Origin: an uncultured Gammaproteobacteria bacterium
GTDB lineage: Bacteria > Pseudomonadota > Gammaproteobacteria > UBA9214
Direction: 5' to 3'
Length of the DNA stretch: 64,000 bases
Assembly: GCA_963773065.1 (NCBI GenBank)
Contig: CAVYZN010000027.1
Location: 64,001 to 128,000, forward strand
The position numbers and the translations under genes are program-made. Of this stretch, positions 25,260 through 37,263 are shown piece after piece; the first letter of the stretch is position 1; each line of letters begins with the position of its first letter. The notes under the pieces were generated by a model. It was not told the DNA's origin. It did no database searches and saw only the letters and a program-made list of their open reading frames with translations.

Positions 25260-27065
25260 TCAGTGTCCCGCGTACATAGCCGCGACCGCATCCTCGAAGT
25301 GCGCCATGATGCGGCTACGCTTGAGCTTCATGGTGGGTGTAATCAGGCCATTGTCCACGCTCCAGTGCTCGAGTGTGCTGGTGGCGCGATGGATCTGGGC
25401 GTAACCGGGAAATTCAGTCAGGCGGCTGGCCAGTCTTTCGAGTACGGCCTTTTCCATGGCCTCGCTCTGCAGCGCGGTGGGATCGGCGGGATCCAGCTTC
25501 AGGTCACGCGCCAGCGCCTTCCATTGTTCCGCATTCAATACCGTGAGGGCCGTGAGGTAGGGTCGTGAATCACCGAGGATCATCACCTGTTCAAACAGCG
25601 GGTCGAGTAGAATCGCCATTTCCATGTCGGCGGGCGGGAGCTTCTCGCCATTGGCCAGCACAATGATTTCCTTCAGGCGGCCGGTAATGTAGACATGGTT
25701 GTTCTCGATCCGCGCCTGGTCACCGGTATGCAGCCATCCGTCGGCATCGATGATATCCCGGGTAGCCTCGGGATTGTCCCAGTAGCCCAGCATGACACAG
25801 GGACCGCGGGTCAGCAGTTCATCGTTCTCGCCAATACGCACCTCGACATTCCGCAGGGGAATGCCGACACTGGCCGGGTCATTGTCGTCGGACGTGTTGC
25901 AGGCAATGATCGGACTCGTCTCGGTGAGCCCGTAACCCTGGACCAGATTGAGGCCAAGCCCGATGAACACCTTCGCGATCGCGGGTGGCAGGGGCGCGCC
26001 GCCCGCCGCGGCGAGTCGCATGCGGCCGCCCAGTTTCGCCATGATCTTGCCGGCCACCAGTTTGTCGAGCAACGGCCATAGCAGAAACGCGGGATGCCAG
26101 CCGCCCCGCCCCTGGCGCCGGAGGAAACGCCTCCAGCCGGTATCGACGGCCAAGTTGAACAGCCGGGTGGCGAACGGCGGTTTCTCCGCCAGTCCGGCCA
26201 TGATCTTGTTGTAGACGCGCTCGTAGATGCGCGGCACCGATATCAGCACCGTCGGCCTGATGGTGAGCAGGTCCTCGGCGAGCTGCGGAATGGAACGCGC
26301 GTAGGCCACGGTTGCGCCTATCATCATGGGGGCGTAGTAGCCGACCGTGCGTTCGAAGGTGTGTGACAGCGGCAGAAAGGACAGCAAGATGTCTTCCCGG
26401 TACATGGGTACGAATTCCAGACCGCTGTCGGCATTGGCCAGAATATTGCGGTGGCTCAGCATGACGCCCTTCGGCCGCCCCGTGGTGCCCGAGGTGTAGA
26501 CGATGGTCGCCAGCTCACCCGGTGCGACGTCATTGGCCAGCAATTCACCACGCGCGGCGGGCAACCAGTCCGCGACCGCTTTGACGCGTGTTTCCCCTTT
26601 CGGGACATCGACGGGTTCCTGCGTGACGATGCGCGCCAGGGTGCCGAGCTGATCGTACACCGTCAGCAGCCGCTCCCAGTGTTCCGCGCCCCGGATGAAC
26701 AGCAGCTTGACGCCGGCATTGTTGAGGATGTAGGCGGTATTCTCGGGCCGGTCATCCAGGTAGAGGGGAACGACGACCAGGCCTGAGCCGAGGGCCGCCT
26801 GGTCGAAGATGACCCATTCCCTGCAGTTGCGCATCAGGATGGCGACCCGGTCGCCGGGCCGGAGATCTTCCCTGGCGAGGGCGGCCTGCCAGTGCGCGAC
26901 GGCGGCGGCCATGTCGGCCCAACTCGAATCCTGCCATCGTCCCTTGGTCTCGTCATAGTGACGGTAGGCGATGGCGTCGGGGCTGCGGCGCACCCGTTCG
27001 CGAAACAGGCCGGCGAGCGTGCCCGCGGTTTCGGCGGATATCTTGTCGATGGTACCTGGGGTCAT
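25260..27065 (-). CDS. Long-chain fatty acid-CoA ligase
   Basis: YTSGTTGRPKG, GYGLTE, GWLHTGD, TPTMKLKR. Confidence 0.92.
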   Translation of the reverse strand: MTPGTIDKISAETAGTLAGLFRERVRRSPDAIAYRHYDETKGRWQDSSWADMAAAVAHWQAALAREDLRPGDRVAILMRNCREWVIFDQAALGSGLVVVPLYLDDRPENTAYILNNAGVKLLFIRGAEHWERLLTVYDQLGTLARIVTQEPVDVPKGETRVKAVADWLPAARGELLANDVAPGELATIVYTSGTTGRPKGVMLSHRNILANADSGLEFVPMYREDILLSFLPLSHTFERTVGYYAPMMIGATVAYARSIPQLAEDLLTIRPTVLISVPRIYERVYNKIMAGLAEKPPFATRLFNLAVDTGWRRFLRRQGRGGWHPAFLLWPLLDKLVAGKIMAKLGGRMRLAAAGGAPLPPAIAKVFIGLGLNLVQGYGLTETSPIIACNTSDDNDPASVGIPLRNVEVRIGENDELLTRGPCVMLGYWDNPEATRDIIDADGWLHTGDQARIENNHVYITGRLKEIIVLANGEKLPPADMEMAILLDPLFEQVMILGDSRPYLTALTVLNAEQWKALARDLKLDPADPTALQSEAMEKAVLERLASRLTEFPGYAQIHRATSTLEHWSVDNGLITPTMKLKRSRIMAHFEDAVAAMYAGH

Positions 27066-27076
27066 GCCGGATGCCC

Positions 27077-29124
27077 TTATTCTGAAGAGCTGGATAACAT
27101 ATCCCAACCCGGGTCGGGGGTGAAACGTTTGCCGCGCAGCTGTTGCAGGTGCTGCAATTGCCCGCGCATGACTTGCGGGCCGATGGCCTCGATGTGATGC
27201 ATGGGCCCGCCGCGAAACGGCGCGAAGCCGGTGCCGAATATCATGCCCGCATCCAGCAAATCGCTATTTTCCACTACCCGTTCGCGCAGGCAAGCACCGC
27301 TTCGTTCAACAGGCGCAGCACCAGCCGGTCGGTGATCTCCGGCAGGTTCCAGTTGCCGCCGGTCGTACCCGGTTTGACCGCCTTGCCCTTGTTGTAGCGG
27401 TAGAAACCGCGGCCGGACTTTTTGCCGAGGTGGCCCGCGGCCACCAGTTGCTGCAGGCGCGCGGGAATTTCGGCATGAAAATGTTCGGCCAGTATCTCCG
27501 CGACATGCAGGCAGATATCCAGCCCGGTCGTATCGGCCAGCTCCATCGGACCCATGGGCATGCCGAAGGCGGTAGCGGCCCGGTCGATGACGGCGGCCGG
27601 AACGCCTTCGGACTCCAGTAGGACGGCTTCCAGGAGATAGGGCATGAGTATGCGGTTGACCAGGAAGCCGGGCGTGCTGGTCACCGGCAGCGGCAGCCGG
27701 TCGATCAGGCGCGTAAACGCCATGGCCTTGCCCGAGACCTCAGCCGCCGTGGCTTTGCCGTTGACGATCTCCACCAGCTGCATCACGGCAACCGGGTTGA
27801 AGAAATGCAGTCCGACCAGCCGCTCGGGTCGCGCCAGCGCCCCGCTCAGTTCCTCCAGCGGAATGCTCGAGGTGTTGGTCGCCAGGATGGCATCGGCCTG
27901 CATGCGCGGTTCGATGTCCCGGTACAGCGCCCGCTTCACCTCGGCGTCCTCGAAGATCGCTTCGATGACGATGTCGGCGCGCGCAATACCCATGCCCCTG
28001 TGATCCGGCAGCAACCGGTCCAGCGCCGCCTGGATCGCGCGCGGTTCCTGCAGCCTGCGTTTGAACAGCTCATGGGCGCGTTTCATGGCCGGGGCGATGC
28101 GTTCCGGCGACTGGTCCTGGAGCGAAACCCGGAAACCGCGCAGGGCGCACCAGGCGGCGATGTCGCCTCCCATCGTTCCGGCGCCGATGACATGGACGGC
28201 GCGCGGCTTCCAGGTGCTGTCCTTGCCCAGCGCCTTGAGCCGCTCCTGCAACAGATAGACGCGGATCAGGTTGCGAGCCGTCACGCCCTTCACCAGGCGG
28301 GCGATGGAGTCCGCCTCGGCTTGCAGCATTTGCGCGGGATTGTCCGCGTATTTCTGCCAGATATCGATCAGCGCAAACGGGGCCGGGTAATGCAGTCTGG
28401 AAGCCTTGGCCGAGACCCGCCGGCGCAGCACGCGGGCGAGCAGCGGCCGGACCAGGGGGTGGTTCGAGAGCCTGTCCAGCCAGCCGGGCCGCCGCGCCGG
28501 CGGGGCGTCGAGAACCAGTCGGCGGGCGGCGACCCGCAGGTGGCGTTCCGGCGCCACGCGGTCCACCAGCCCGATGCGCCTGGCCTGGCGGACATCGAGG
28601 GTGCGGCCGCTCAGCATCAGGTCCATGGCCTTTAAGCCGCCCACCAGGGGCGTCAGCCGGACGCTGCCGCCGAAGCCGGGATGGATGCCGAGACGCACTT
28701 CCGGCAGACCCAGCCGGGTGCCCGGGTCTTCGCTCGCCACGCGGTAGCGGCAGGCCAGCGCCAGTTCCAGGCCGCCGCCGAGACAGAAGCCATGGATTAG
28801 CGCGACGGTCGGGAAACCGAGCGCCGCCAGGCGGTTGAATACCGACTGGCCAAGCCGGATCAGTTCCAGCGCCTGGGTTTCATTCTGAGGCGGGTGAATT
28901 CATGAATGTCGGCGCCGGCGATGAAACCGTTGGGCTTGTCCGAGAGGATGACCAGCCCGCGCGGGGAACGGTCTCGCGATGGTCTCCAGATGCCGGTCCA
29001 GTTCCCGCAGGACCTCGCTGCTGAGGACATTGGTGCCCGCATCCGCCTTGTCGACGTGCAGCCAGACGATCGTGTCGGCGTCGGTTTCGATCCGGAAATG
29101 GTGCTGTTCGGTGCTGATGTCCAT
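27077..29124 (-). CDS. Enoyl-CoA hydratase/3-hydroxyacyl-CoA dehydrogenase (FadJ/FadB-like); several apparent frameshifts
   Basis: FIAGADI, GLPEVRLGIHPG, GAGTMG, TNTSSI, HFFNP, GTGFAPFRGGP over several frames. Confidence 0.88.
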
Positions 29125-29129
29125 GCGTG

Positions 29130-30440
29130 CTACCCCGCTGTCCGCTCGATTAGCATGGCGCCGCCCTGGCCGCCGCCGATGCACAGGCTGGCGATGCCGC
29201 GCCTGGCGTCGTTGCGCTTCAGCACCTGCAGCAGGTGCAGCACGATGCGCGCGCCGCTCGCGCCCACGGGATGGCCGATGCCGACCGCGCCGCCATCGAC
29301 ATTCAGCCGTTCCTCGTCGATCGGGTCAAACGGCGCGTCCCAGCCCAGTTCGTCGCGGCAGAAGCCGGCATCCTGCCAGGCCGCCAGACACGCGAGGACC
29401 TGGGCGGCGAAGGCTTCGTTGATCTCCCAGTAATCGATGTCGGCGCTGCCGAGTCCATGCCGGCGCAGCAGCGGCGCCATGGCATACACGGGACCGAGTC
29501 CCATCTGGGCGGGATCGAGCCCGGCCCACTGACTGTCGACGAGCCTCCCCAGCACCGGCAGTTGATGGCGCGACACCGCCTCCTCCGAGGCGAGGATGAG
29601 CCAGGCGGCGCCGTCGGTGACCTGGGCGCTGTTGCCGGCGGTCACCGCGCCATAGGGTTTGTCGAAGACGGGTCCGAGGCCAGCCAGTTTTTCCAGGGTG
29701 GAATCCGCGCGCACGCCGTCATCGTGGTCGTAGTAGCCGCCGTGCCGGTCGTAGATGACCTCGATCTCCCCGAGGAGGCCGTCGCGGCGCGCGTTGTCCA
29801 GCCGCTGATGGCTACGCAGCGCGAAGCGGTCCATGGCGTCGCGGCTGATGGCGAAGCGATGGGCGATGATTTCCGCGGTCTGCCCCATCGACAGGCCCAC
29901 GACCGGGTCGGTGAGGCCGCGCAGCAGGCCGATGACCGGCCGCAGATGGGCCGGGCGCAATTGCGTCAAGACCTTGAGGCGCGCCCGCGGCGTGCGCGCG
30001 CCGTTCCATGCCGCGAGCCAGTTGACCATGGCCGCACTGAACAGGATCGGGGCATGGCTCATGGATTCGACGCCGCCGGCCAGCACCAGGCTGGAGCGGC
30101 CGCTGGCAATGTTGCCGGCGGCGGCATCGAGCGCCTGCATGCCCGAGGCGCAATTGCGCTGCACCGTCCAGGCCGGCACGCGTTCCCCGCAGCCTAGGCG
30201 CAGCGAGACCACCCGGGCGATGTTGGCCTCGTTGGCCGACGGCATGACGCAGCCGAGGATGACTTCGTCGAAATCGGCGGGAGGAAACGGCTGGCGGGCG
30301 AGCAAGGGGTTCCCGGCGGCGACCGCGAGGTCGGCAGCCGCAAACGGGCCCGGTTTGCCGCGCGCCTTGAGAAAGGGCGTGCGACACCCGTCGACTATAT
30401 AGACTGGCCGGCCTTGCCGGCCGCCTGCCTGTTCTTCCAT
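29130..30440 (-). CDS. Acetyl-CoA C-acyltransferase (thiolase)
   Basis: RTPF, RNCASG, EINEAFA, GHPVGASG, LCIGGGQG. Confidence 0.93.
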   Translation of the reverse strand: MEEQAGGRQGRPVYIVDGCRTPFLKARGKPGPFAAADLAVAAGNPLLARQPFPPADFDEVILGCVMPSANEANIARVVSLRLGCGERVPAWTVQRNCASGMQALDAAAGNIASGRSSLVLAGGVESMSHAPILFSAAMVNWLAAWNGARTPRARLKVLTQLRPAHLRPVIGLLRGLTDPVVGLSMGQTAEIIAHRFAISRDAMDRFALRSHQRLDNARRDGLLGEIEVIYDRHGGYYDHDDGVRADSTLEKLAGLGPVFDKPYGAVTAGNSAQVTDGAAWLILASEEAVSRHQLPVLGRLVDSQWAGLDPAQMGLGPVYAMAPLLRRHGLGSADIDYWEINEAFAAQVLACLAAWQDAGFCRDELGWDAPFDPIDEERLNVDGGAVGIGHPVGASGARIVLHLLQVLKRNDARRGIASLCIGGGQGGAMLIERTAG

Positions 30441-32875
30441 GCTGCATGCTCCTTGGTTAGGTGTTCAGGGAGAAATTCGTCGACCTGGATGACCATCCTG
30501 CGCGCCGCGACAGCCGCGCGGATAGCCGCCGCTTCCGGTTCGCCGATCACGCCCGCCGCAACGCCGCCGTCGACGCCATCTTCCGGATCGCCACGGGGCA
30601 GGGCGCCGTCCTGCATGGCCTTACGCAGCTTGCGCAGCGCCGCTTCGGCCGCCGTGCTTTTCTCAAGGGCGTCTTCAAGCTGGGCAAGCGGGGCGTTCGC
30701 GTCACCGGAATATACACGCCTTCCGTCAGGCGGTCGCGCGCCGCGCCCGGCGCGAGGATGAGCTCGGCTACCCGCTGACCGAGTCGATCCCGCGGGCGCT
30801 TGCCGGGTTTGCCGAGCGGGAATGTCAGACAGCGCGTCAACGCGGCGACGAAACGGTTGGGCAGGTTGTCGAGCACCTCGTGCAGGCGTTCCTGGATGTT
30901 GAACAGCAGGTCGGTCGCAGGCCCATTCCAGCAGCGGCAGCTCGTCCTCCGGCGCGCCGTGATCGTAATGGTGCTTGAGTACGGCGCTGCCGAGATACAG
31001 CAGGCTCAGCACGTCGCCCAGCCGGCCGGAGAGGGATTCCTTGCGCTTGAGTGTACCGCCCAGCGACAGCAGCGCCATCTCGGTGGTGACGGCAAAGGCG
31101 AGGCACATGCGCCCGAAACGGCGGTAGTAATGAGCCGCGCACGCCGGTCTCCGGCGCGGCCAGCAGGCGGCCGCCGGTGAGTCCATGAAAGAGGCTGCGC
31201 ACGGTGATGCTCAGGATATGGCTGGCATGACCGAGCAGGGCCGCATCAAACGCCGCCACGTCGTTCTGCGATCGGCGGCTTCCATCTCCCGGAAGAGGTA
31301 AGGGATGGCAGCGGATCGCCCCCTGGCCGAAGATGATCAGGTTGCGGGTAAGGATGTTGGCGCCTTCCACGGTGATGCCGATCGGCAGGGCCTCGTAGCC
31401 GCGCGCCACGAAGTTTCTCGGTCCCATGCTGATGCCGCAGCCGCCCAGGATGTCCATGGCGTCGTTCACCACCAGGCGCATGCGTTCGGTCAGGTGATAC
31501 TTGACGATCGCCGAGGCGACCGAGGGATCCTCGCCGCGTCGAGGGCGGCGGCGGTGAAGCCGCGCGCGGCGTTCATGACGTAGGTAGTGCCCGCGATGCG
31601 CGCCAGCACCTCGCTGATGCCCTCGAACCTGCCGATGGGCTGCTTGAACTGTTTCCTGACGGCGGCATAGGCGCCGATCGCGCGGCTCATCTTCTTGCCC
31701 GACGCGGTGCTCAAGCGCCGGCAGGGAAATGGCGCGCCCGTCGGAGAGGCAGTTCATCAGCATGCGCCACCCCTTGCCGACGCAGGCTTCGCCGCCGATG
31801 ACCCAGTCCATCGGGATGAAGACATCCGTGCCGCGGTTCGGACCGTTCATGAAGGACCTGGTTCATCGGGAAGTGGCGCGTGCCGATTTCGATGCCCGGT
31901 GTGTGCGTCGGGATCAGCGCCAGCGTGATGCCGATGTCCTGCGTGTCGCCGAGCAGGTGATCCGGATCGTAGAGGTGGAAGGCGAGGCCCAGCAGCGTCG
32001 CCACCGGCCCGAGCGTGATGTAGCGCTTCTCCCAGTTCAGGCGGATACCCAGCACATCGGCCTTGCCTCCGTAGCTCTGGCGGCAGACGATGCCCTTGTC
32101 CGGCATGGCCGCGGCATCGCTGCCGGCTTCCGGTCCGGTGAGGGCAAAACAGGGGATCTCCGTCGCCGCGCGCCAGGCGCGGCAGGTAATAGTCTTTCTG
32201 GGCGTCGGTGCCGTAGGAGAGCAGCAGCTTCGCCGGACCGAGCGAGTTCGGCACCATCACGGTCACCCCGGCGGAAATGCTGACGCTGGCGATCTTCATG
32301 ACGACCAGGGAATGCGCGTTCGCGGAAAATTCCAGGCCGCCGTATTGCCTGGGAATGATCATGCCGAAGAACCCCTGCCGTTTCATGTAGTCCCAGGTCT
32401 GCGGCGTCAGGTCGCGCCGTTCTTCCGTGATCTCCCAGTCATCGATCATGCCGCAGAGTTCCTCGACCGGCCCGTCGAGAAAGGCCTGTTCCGCCGCGGG
32501 GAGTTGCGGGGCAGGGAAGCCGCGCAGACGCTGCCAGTCCGGCCGGCCGCTGAACAGTTCCGCTTCCCACCACACCGTGCCGGCCTCGAGCGCCGCGCGT
32601 TCGGTGTCCGACATGGCCGGGCATGATCCTGCCGGTATACGGCGAGCAGGGGTTTCATGGTCAAACGCCGGCGCAGGGGGTCAGGTCAGCAGCGCGGCGA
32701 GCAGCACGAACAGCATCCCGGCGGCCAGCATCGCCGCGGCCGGCGGGTCATGGAAGACACCCCAGTAGGCGAGGCCGGCGCCGAGCAGGGCCGTCCAGAG
32801 ATAACGCGATGCCTGCCGCGCCATCAGCAGGCCGATGGCGGTGATGACAAACAGCAGTTCAATGATCCAGTTCAT
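30395..32875 (-). CDS. fadE: Acyl-CoA dehydrogenase FadE-type; multiple apparent frameshifts
   Basis: N-terminal [59 protein letters not shown] across frames. Confidence 0.85.
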
Positions 32876-33508
32876 GGCGGCCGTCCTGTGTGCGGAGATC
32901 AGTTCATGCCGCGCCAGTTCCCGCAGCGGTCTACCTGCAACTGGCTGTGAATAACGCGATAACCCAACTTCAATGTATCGACACGATTCCGGCTATTTGA
33001 ATTTTAAAACAGGAATAAGGCCGGTGGGTTGCGCGGGGGTGACCGGTCTCACGGTATCCGGCAATACCCCTTTACCCTGTCCGGGTAATGATACGGTTGG
33101 GTGGCAATGCCGTGTATGCCGTGTAACCGGCCGGTGATTTCCGGCAGACAGGCTTGCGCAGATAATCGCCGATTCGTCAGCCGTGGCAGGCGGCGTGCCC
33201 CGGATCATATCCATCGGAACTGTCTGCCGCCCGTCGGGTAATCTGCCGCCGCGGTCCGTGACTACGGGGCGCTTTTGCCGGCGTGTCACCGGGCTGGCTA
33301 TAGGTTCATTCAGGGTATTTATAAAATATATAAATAACAATAGCAAATACAACTAATTTAAATAATTCGGCACAATGGGATTGTGCCCGCGATGGACGCT
33401 GGTTCAGGTGCTCAGGATAAAGCGATGACGGCTCACGCGGCCGCAAGATACGCGAGGATGAATAGTTATTGGTATAGTAGCGGGCAATCGCGACGTGGCC
33501 ATACGATC

Positions 33509-34228
33509 ATGAAGCGCACCCAACTGACAGAGCTGGACATCGCCGGGGCCGCGCCGCGCCTGCGTCAGTGCGTGCTGTTTTCCGACCTCGACGCCGGCCA
33601 GTTCGACGGTATCATCCGGCACACGTGCCGCGTGCTGCTGCAGGAAAACGAAGTTCTGTTCGAACAGCAGCAGCCGGCGCGGGAGATTTTTCTGCTGGAG
33701 AGCGGGCAGATCAAGCTCGCGCGAGTTTCCCCGGAAGGCCAGGAGAAGGTCATCGACCTCATTTCGCCGGGCGACTCATTCGCCGAGGCGGTCATGTTCT
33801 CCCGCGATCGCACCTATCCGGTAACGGCGACGGCCATCGTCGCCAGCCGGGTGTGGTCCATCGATGCCGAGCACTACGCCGGCATCCTGCGCCAGTCGAC
33901 GGACGCCTGTTTCGCCGTCATGGCGCAGATGAGCCGGCGGCTGCACTGGCAGATCGCGGAACTCGACCGTCTGACCCTGCACAACGCCACCTTTCGCGTG
34001 GTGAGCTATCTGCTCGACCAGGTTCCCAGCACCCACCTGGTGACCTCGGAGATCCAGCTCGACACCCCCAAACATGTGATCGCCTCGCGCCTGTCCATCA
34101 CACCGGAAACCCTGTCGCGCACCTTTGCCAAGCTGAGCCGTGAGGGCTACATCGACATCATGGACAACATGATCCGGCTCAACGACATCGAGCGCCTGCG
34201 CCATTACACCCAGCCCGGTTCGTCGTAG
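33509..34228 (+). CDS. Crp/Fnr family regulator, DNR type
   Basis: cNMP domain (SFAEAVMF), HTH ITPETLSR, no FNR N-terminal Cys cluster; next to NO reductase genes. Confidence 0.85.
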   Translation: MKRTQLTELDIAGAAPRLRQCVLFSDLDAGQFDGIIRHTCRVLLQENEVLFEQQQPAREIFLLESGQIKLARVSPEGQEKVIDLISPGDSFAEAVMFSRDRTYPVTATAIVASRVWSIDAEHYAGILRQSTDACFAVMAQMSRRLHWQIAELDRLTLHNATFRVVSYLLDQVPSTHLVTSEIQLDTPKHVIASRLSITPETLSRTFAKLSREGYIDIMDNMIRLNDIERLRHYTQPGSS

Positions 34229-34386
34229 ATCAGCGAGTCGGCATGGCCTTACCGTGCGCCATGGTTCAATGGTCCCTGTGCAGTTTCGGCCGAAACAGGG
34301 GCTACACGTGATCGAAGCGTGTGGTTTGCGGACAATCCTGCACGCCACTATGATTCATCACGGCGATTAGCGTAAGCTCGCCGCAC

Positions 34387-34569
34387 ATGGAGATGATCTA
34401 TTTCACGCTGGCGGCCGTTGTCCTCTACGTGGGCACCGACTGGATTCTCGACCGCATCGAAATCGCGGCCGGACGGAGGCTGGAATACCGTAATCTCGTG
34501 TTCTTCGTCATCATGTTGACCATGGCAATCACATCTTTTGCGCTGATTCGCCACTTCGGCAGCCAGTAA
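34387..34569 (+). CDS. Small two-TM hypothetical protein
   Basis: 60 aa, two hydrophobic helices around DWILDRIE...GRR..RNLVFF. Confidence 0.65.
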   Translation: MEMIYFTLAAVVLYVGTDWILDRIEIAAGRRLEYRNLVFFVIMLTMAITSFALIRHFGSQ

Positions 34570-34646
34570 GCATCACGGTGGCATCACCCCAGTCATCGAC
34601 TTCTTGTCCCATCAGGCAAACCACGTGATGCCGTGACTGGCGATCC

Positions 34647-34660
34647 TTGACTTAAATCAA
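34647..34660. promoter_or_regulatory. FNR/DNR box upstream of the NO reductase operon
   Basis: TTGACttaaATCAA, 9/10 match to TTGAT-N4-ATCAA, extended by cc/gg. Confidence 0.8.
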
Positions 34661-34807
34661 GGCGTACTTTTTCGAATAACTGTTTTATACGCTACTCAAA
34701 TTAAGTTAGCATCAGGTGCCCTGAATAACCGCCATGGGCATATTACAACACGCCGGCACGCGACCCAGGGCGTGAAAAATGAACAGCTAACGAAGAGGGA
34801 GTTAGGA

Positions 34808-34981
34808 ATGAGCAAATCTAATCAGCCTGATAACGTGGAAACGGAAGAGGAACGCATCCCCACGATGCAGAAACTCCTGGATAATCCGTTTCTGCTGCTG
34901 TTCCTCGGCGTAGCCATGCCCACGGTCCTGTATCTGATCTGGGGTGTGATGGAAATCGTCACCATTCCGATAGCCAAATAA
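34808..34981 (+). CDS. Small single-TM heme-copper oxidase accessory subunit
   Basis: MQKLLDNPFLLLFLG...IWGVMEI directly upstream of subunit II; GAGG RBS. Confidence 0.65.
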   Translation: MSKSNQPDNVETEEERIPTMQKLLDNPFLLLFLGVAMPTVLYLIWGVMEIVTIPIAK

Positions 34982-34999
34982 CCAAGGGGGCACGACACT

Positions 35000-35548
35000 A
35001 TGGCAATTCATCCTCCACCCGAGCGCAACTGGTGGAAAGAACCGATTGCGCGCACCGAACTCATCTGGATCGTCATCGCCTTTTGCTGGGGGCTGTTGAT
35101 GTTCTCCGCCATGGTCTACTGGCACATCGCCGGTAAGCAGAATCTCTCCAACGAGGCCTATCGCACCACGCCCGAGGCATTCGCGGCAAAAGCCAACGAG
35201 ATGGTGGAGAAGTACCAGGTGCGCGAGGAGGCGGGGATGCCCGTCGTTCATCCGCCACCCGGCAGCGACGTCTACATGATCGCGCGGCTATGGCAGTGGT
35301 GGCCCATACTGGAGTTCGAGAAAGACCAGACCTACCGCCTGCATCTTTCCTCCATGGACTGGATGCACGGGTTTTCCCTGCAACCGGTCAACATCAATCT
35401 GGAGATCCACCCGAATTACGATGTGATCGTGACGATGACGCCGAATCAGGCGGGCGAATTCGGCGTGATATGCAACGAATTCTGCGGCATCGGCCATCAG
35501 AACATGATCGGCAAGATCTACGTGGCTGAAAAAGTGGCCGAGCAATAG
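35000..35548 (+). CDS. Heme-copper oxidase subunit II (CuA), eNOR-type
   Basis: One TM; DWMHGF and CNEFCGIGHQNM CuA ligands. Confidence 0.9.
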   Translation: MAIHPPPERNWWKEPIARTELIWIVIAFCWGLLMFSAMVYWHIAGKQNLSNEAYRTTPEAFAAKANEMVEKYQVREEAGMPVVHPPPGSDVYMIARLWQWWPILEFEKDQTYRLHLSSMDWMHGFSLQPVNINLEIHPNYDVIVTMTPNQAGEFGVICNEFCGIGHQNMIGKIYVAEKVAEQ

Positions 35549-35553
35549 GGGGA

Positions 35554-37239
35554 ATGAGCAAGATGGCAAACTTCAAACATCGCGTCTGCCCGGCCACCGG
35601 GCTGCGCATCCACAGCGCCGCCGAGAACCTGATCAAGGCCAATGCCGTAACGGCGGTCATTTTTCTCGCCGTCGGCGGCTTTTTCGGTCTGCTGGTCGCG
35701 CTGACCCGCTGGCCGGCCGTGCATCTGTTGCCGGCGGACTGGTTCTACCTGGTGCTCACCGGCCATGGCCTGAATGTATTGCTGGTATGGATCATCTTTT
35801 TCGAAATCGCCGTGCTGTATTTTGCTTCCGCGATCCTGCTGAATTCACGCCTTGCCGCGCCACGCTGGGCCTGGAGCGGATTCGCGCTGATGCTGGTCGG
35901 CGCCGTGACGGTCAACGTCGCCGTACTGCAGGGCAACTCCAGCGTCATGTTCACCTCGTACGTGCCCATGCAGGCGGCGCCCCATTTTTACCTGGGGTTG
36001 ATCCTGTTCGCCGTGGGCGCCCTGATCGGCTGTTTCGTGTTCTTCGGCACGCTGGTGATCGCCAAGGAGGAGAAGACCTACGAGGGGTCGGTTCCGTTGG
36101 TGACCTTCGGCGCGATCACGGCCGCGATCATCGCGGTCTTCACCATCGCCTCGGGCGCGATCATCCTGATCCCGACCTATCTCTGGTCGCTCGGATACAT
36201 CAGCAATATCGATACCCTGATGTACAGGACCGTCTGGTGGGCCATGGGTCATTCCTCCCAGCAGATCAACGTCTCGGCGCACGTCTCCATCTGGTACCTG
36301 ATCGCCGCCGTCGTGCTCGGCGCCAAACCCTTATCGGAGAAGGTCAGCCGCACGGCGTTTCTCATGTACATCCTGTTCCTGCAGCTTGCCAGCGCCCACC
36401 ACCTGCTGGTGGATCCGGGCATCAGCTCCGAGTGGAAGATCTTCAACACCAGTTATGCCATGTACCTGGCGGTGCTGGGCAGCATGGTCCACGGCATGAC
36501 GGTGCCGGGCTCGATCGAGGCGGCCCAGCGCGCGCGCGGCTATACCAACGGCCTGTTCGAGTGGTTGCGCAAGGCGCCGTGGGGCAACCCGGCTTTTTCC
36601 GGCATGTTCATGTCGCTGGTCATGTTCGGCTTTCTCGGCGGCATCTCCGGCGTCGTCATGGGCACCGAGCAGATCAACCTGATCATCCACAACACCCTGT
36701 ATGTGCCCGGTCATTTCCACGCCACCGTGGTTGCCGGCACCACGCTGGCCTTCATGTCCGCCACTTACCTGCTGGTGCCGTTGATATTCCAGCGTGAACT
36801 GGTCATGAAGAAACTGGCCCGGGTGCAGCCCTACCTGTTCGGCCTCGGGGTCATGGGTATCTCGGTGTTCATGATGGGGGCGGGTACGCTCGGTGTACCG
36901 CGTCGCAACTGGGACATTACCAATGCGGATGCGGTACTGCACTACGATTATCCGGGCGCGGCCTACCTGATGATGGGCCTGAACGGCATGTCCGCCATCC
37001 TGGCGGCCATCGGCGGCTTTGCCTTCATTGCCATCGTCGTCGGCTCGCTGTTGTTCGGCAAACGCACCGGGGACAAACCGCTCGAAGGACTCACCATGAC
37101 CACGGCCACCCAATATGGCAGCGCCGATACAATCAAGATACCGGGGACGGTCGTACTGGTCGGGGTGTTCTTCACGGCCTTCGTGCTCTACTACTTCGTC
37201 AACTGGAAGTATCTGGCCGAAGTCTGGCCGCTGCGCTAG
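35554..37239 (+). CDS. Heme-copper superfamily subunit I, probable eNOR nitric oxide reductase
   Basis: TGHG, GHSSQQIN (Gln at H+4 instead of cross-link Tyr), SAHHLL, GHFH; many TM helices. Confidence 0.8.
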   Translation: MSKMANFKHRVCPATGLRIHSAAENLIKANAVTAVIFLAVGGFFGLLVALTRWPAVHLLPADWFYLVLTGHGLNVLLVWIIFFEIAVLYFASAILLNSRLAAPRWAWSGFALMLVGAVTVNVAVLQGNSSVMFTSYVPMQAAPHFYLGLILFAVGALIGCFVFFGTLVIAKEEKTYEGSVPLVTFGAITAAIIAVFTIASGAIILIPTYLWSLGYISNIDTLMYRTVWWAMGHSSQQINVSAHVSIWYLIAAVVLGAKPLSEKVSRTAFLMYILFLQLASAHHLLVDPGISSEWKIFNTSYAMYLAVLGSMVHGMTVPGSIEAAQRARGYTNGLFEWLRKAPWGNPAFSGMFMSLVMFGFLGGISGVVMGTEQINLIIHNTLYVPGHFHATVVAGTTLAFMSATYLLVPLIFQRELVMKKLARVQPYLFGLGVMGISVFMMGAGTLGVPRRNWDITNADAVLHYDYPGAAYLMMGLNGMSAILAAIGGFAFIAIVVGSLLFGKRTGDKPLEGLTMTTATQYGSADTIKIPGTVVLVGVFFTAFVLYYFVNWKYLAEVWPLR

Positions 37240-37263
37240 CACGCTCATGAGGATGGCATCACG

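Noticed and set aside
27077-32875. True pseudogenisation or programmed frameshifting of fad genes
   Set aside because: Same indel pattern affects essential genes; no slippery-site signature noticed
35000-37239. ba3-type cytochrome c oxidase (O2 reductase)
   Set aside because: The His-Tyr cross-link Tyr is replaced by Gln and the context is denitrification
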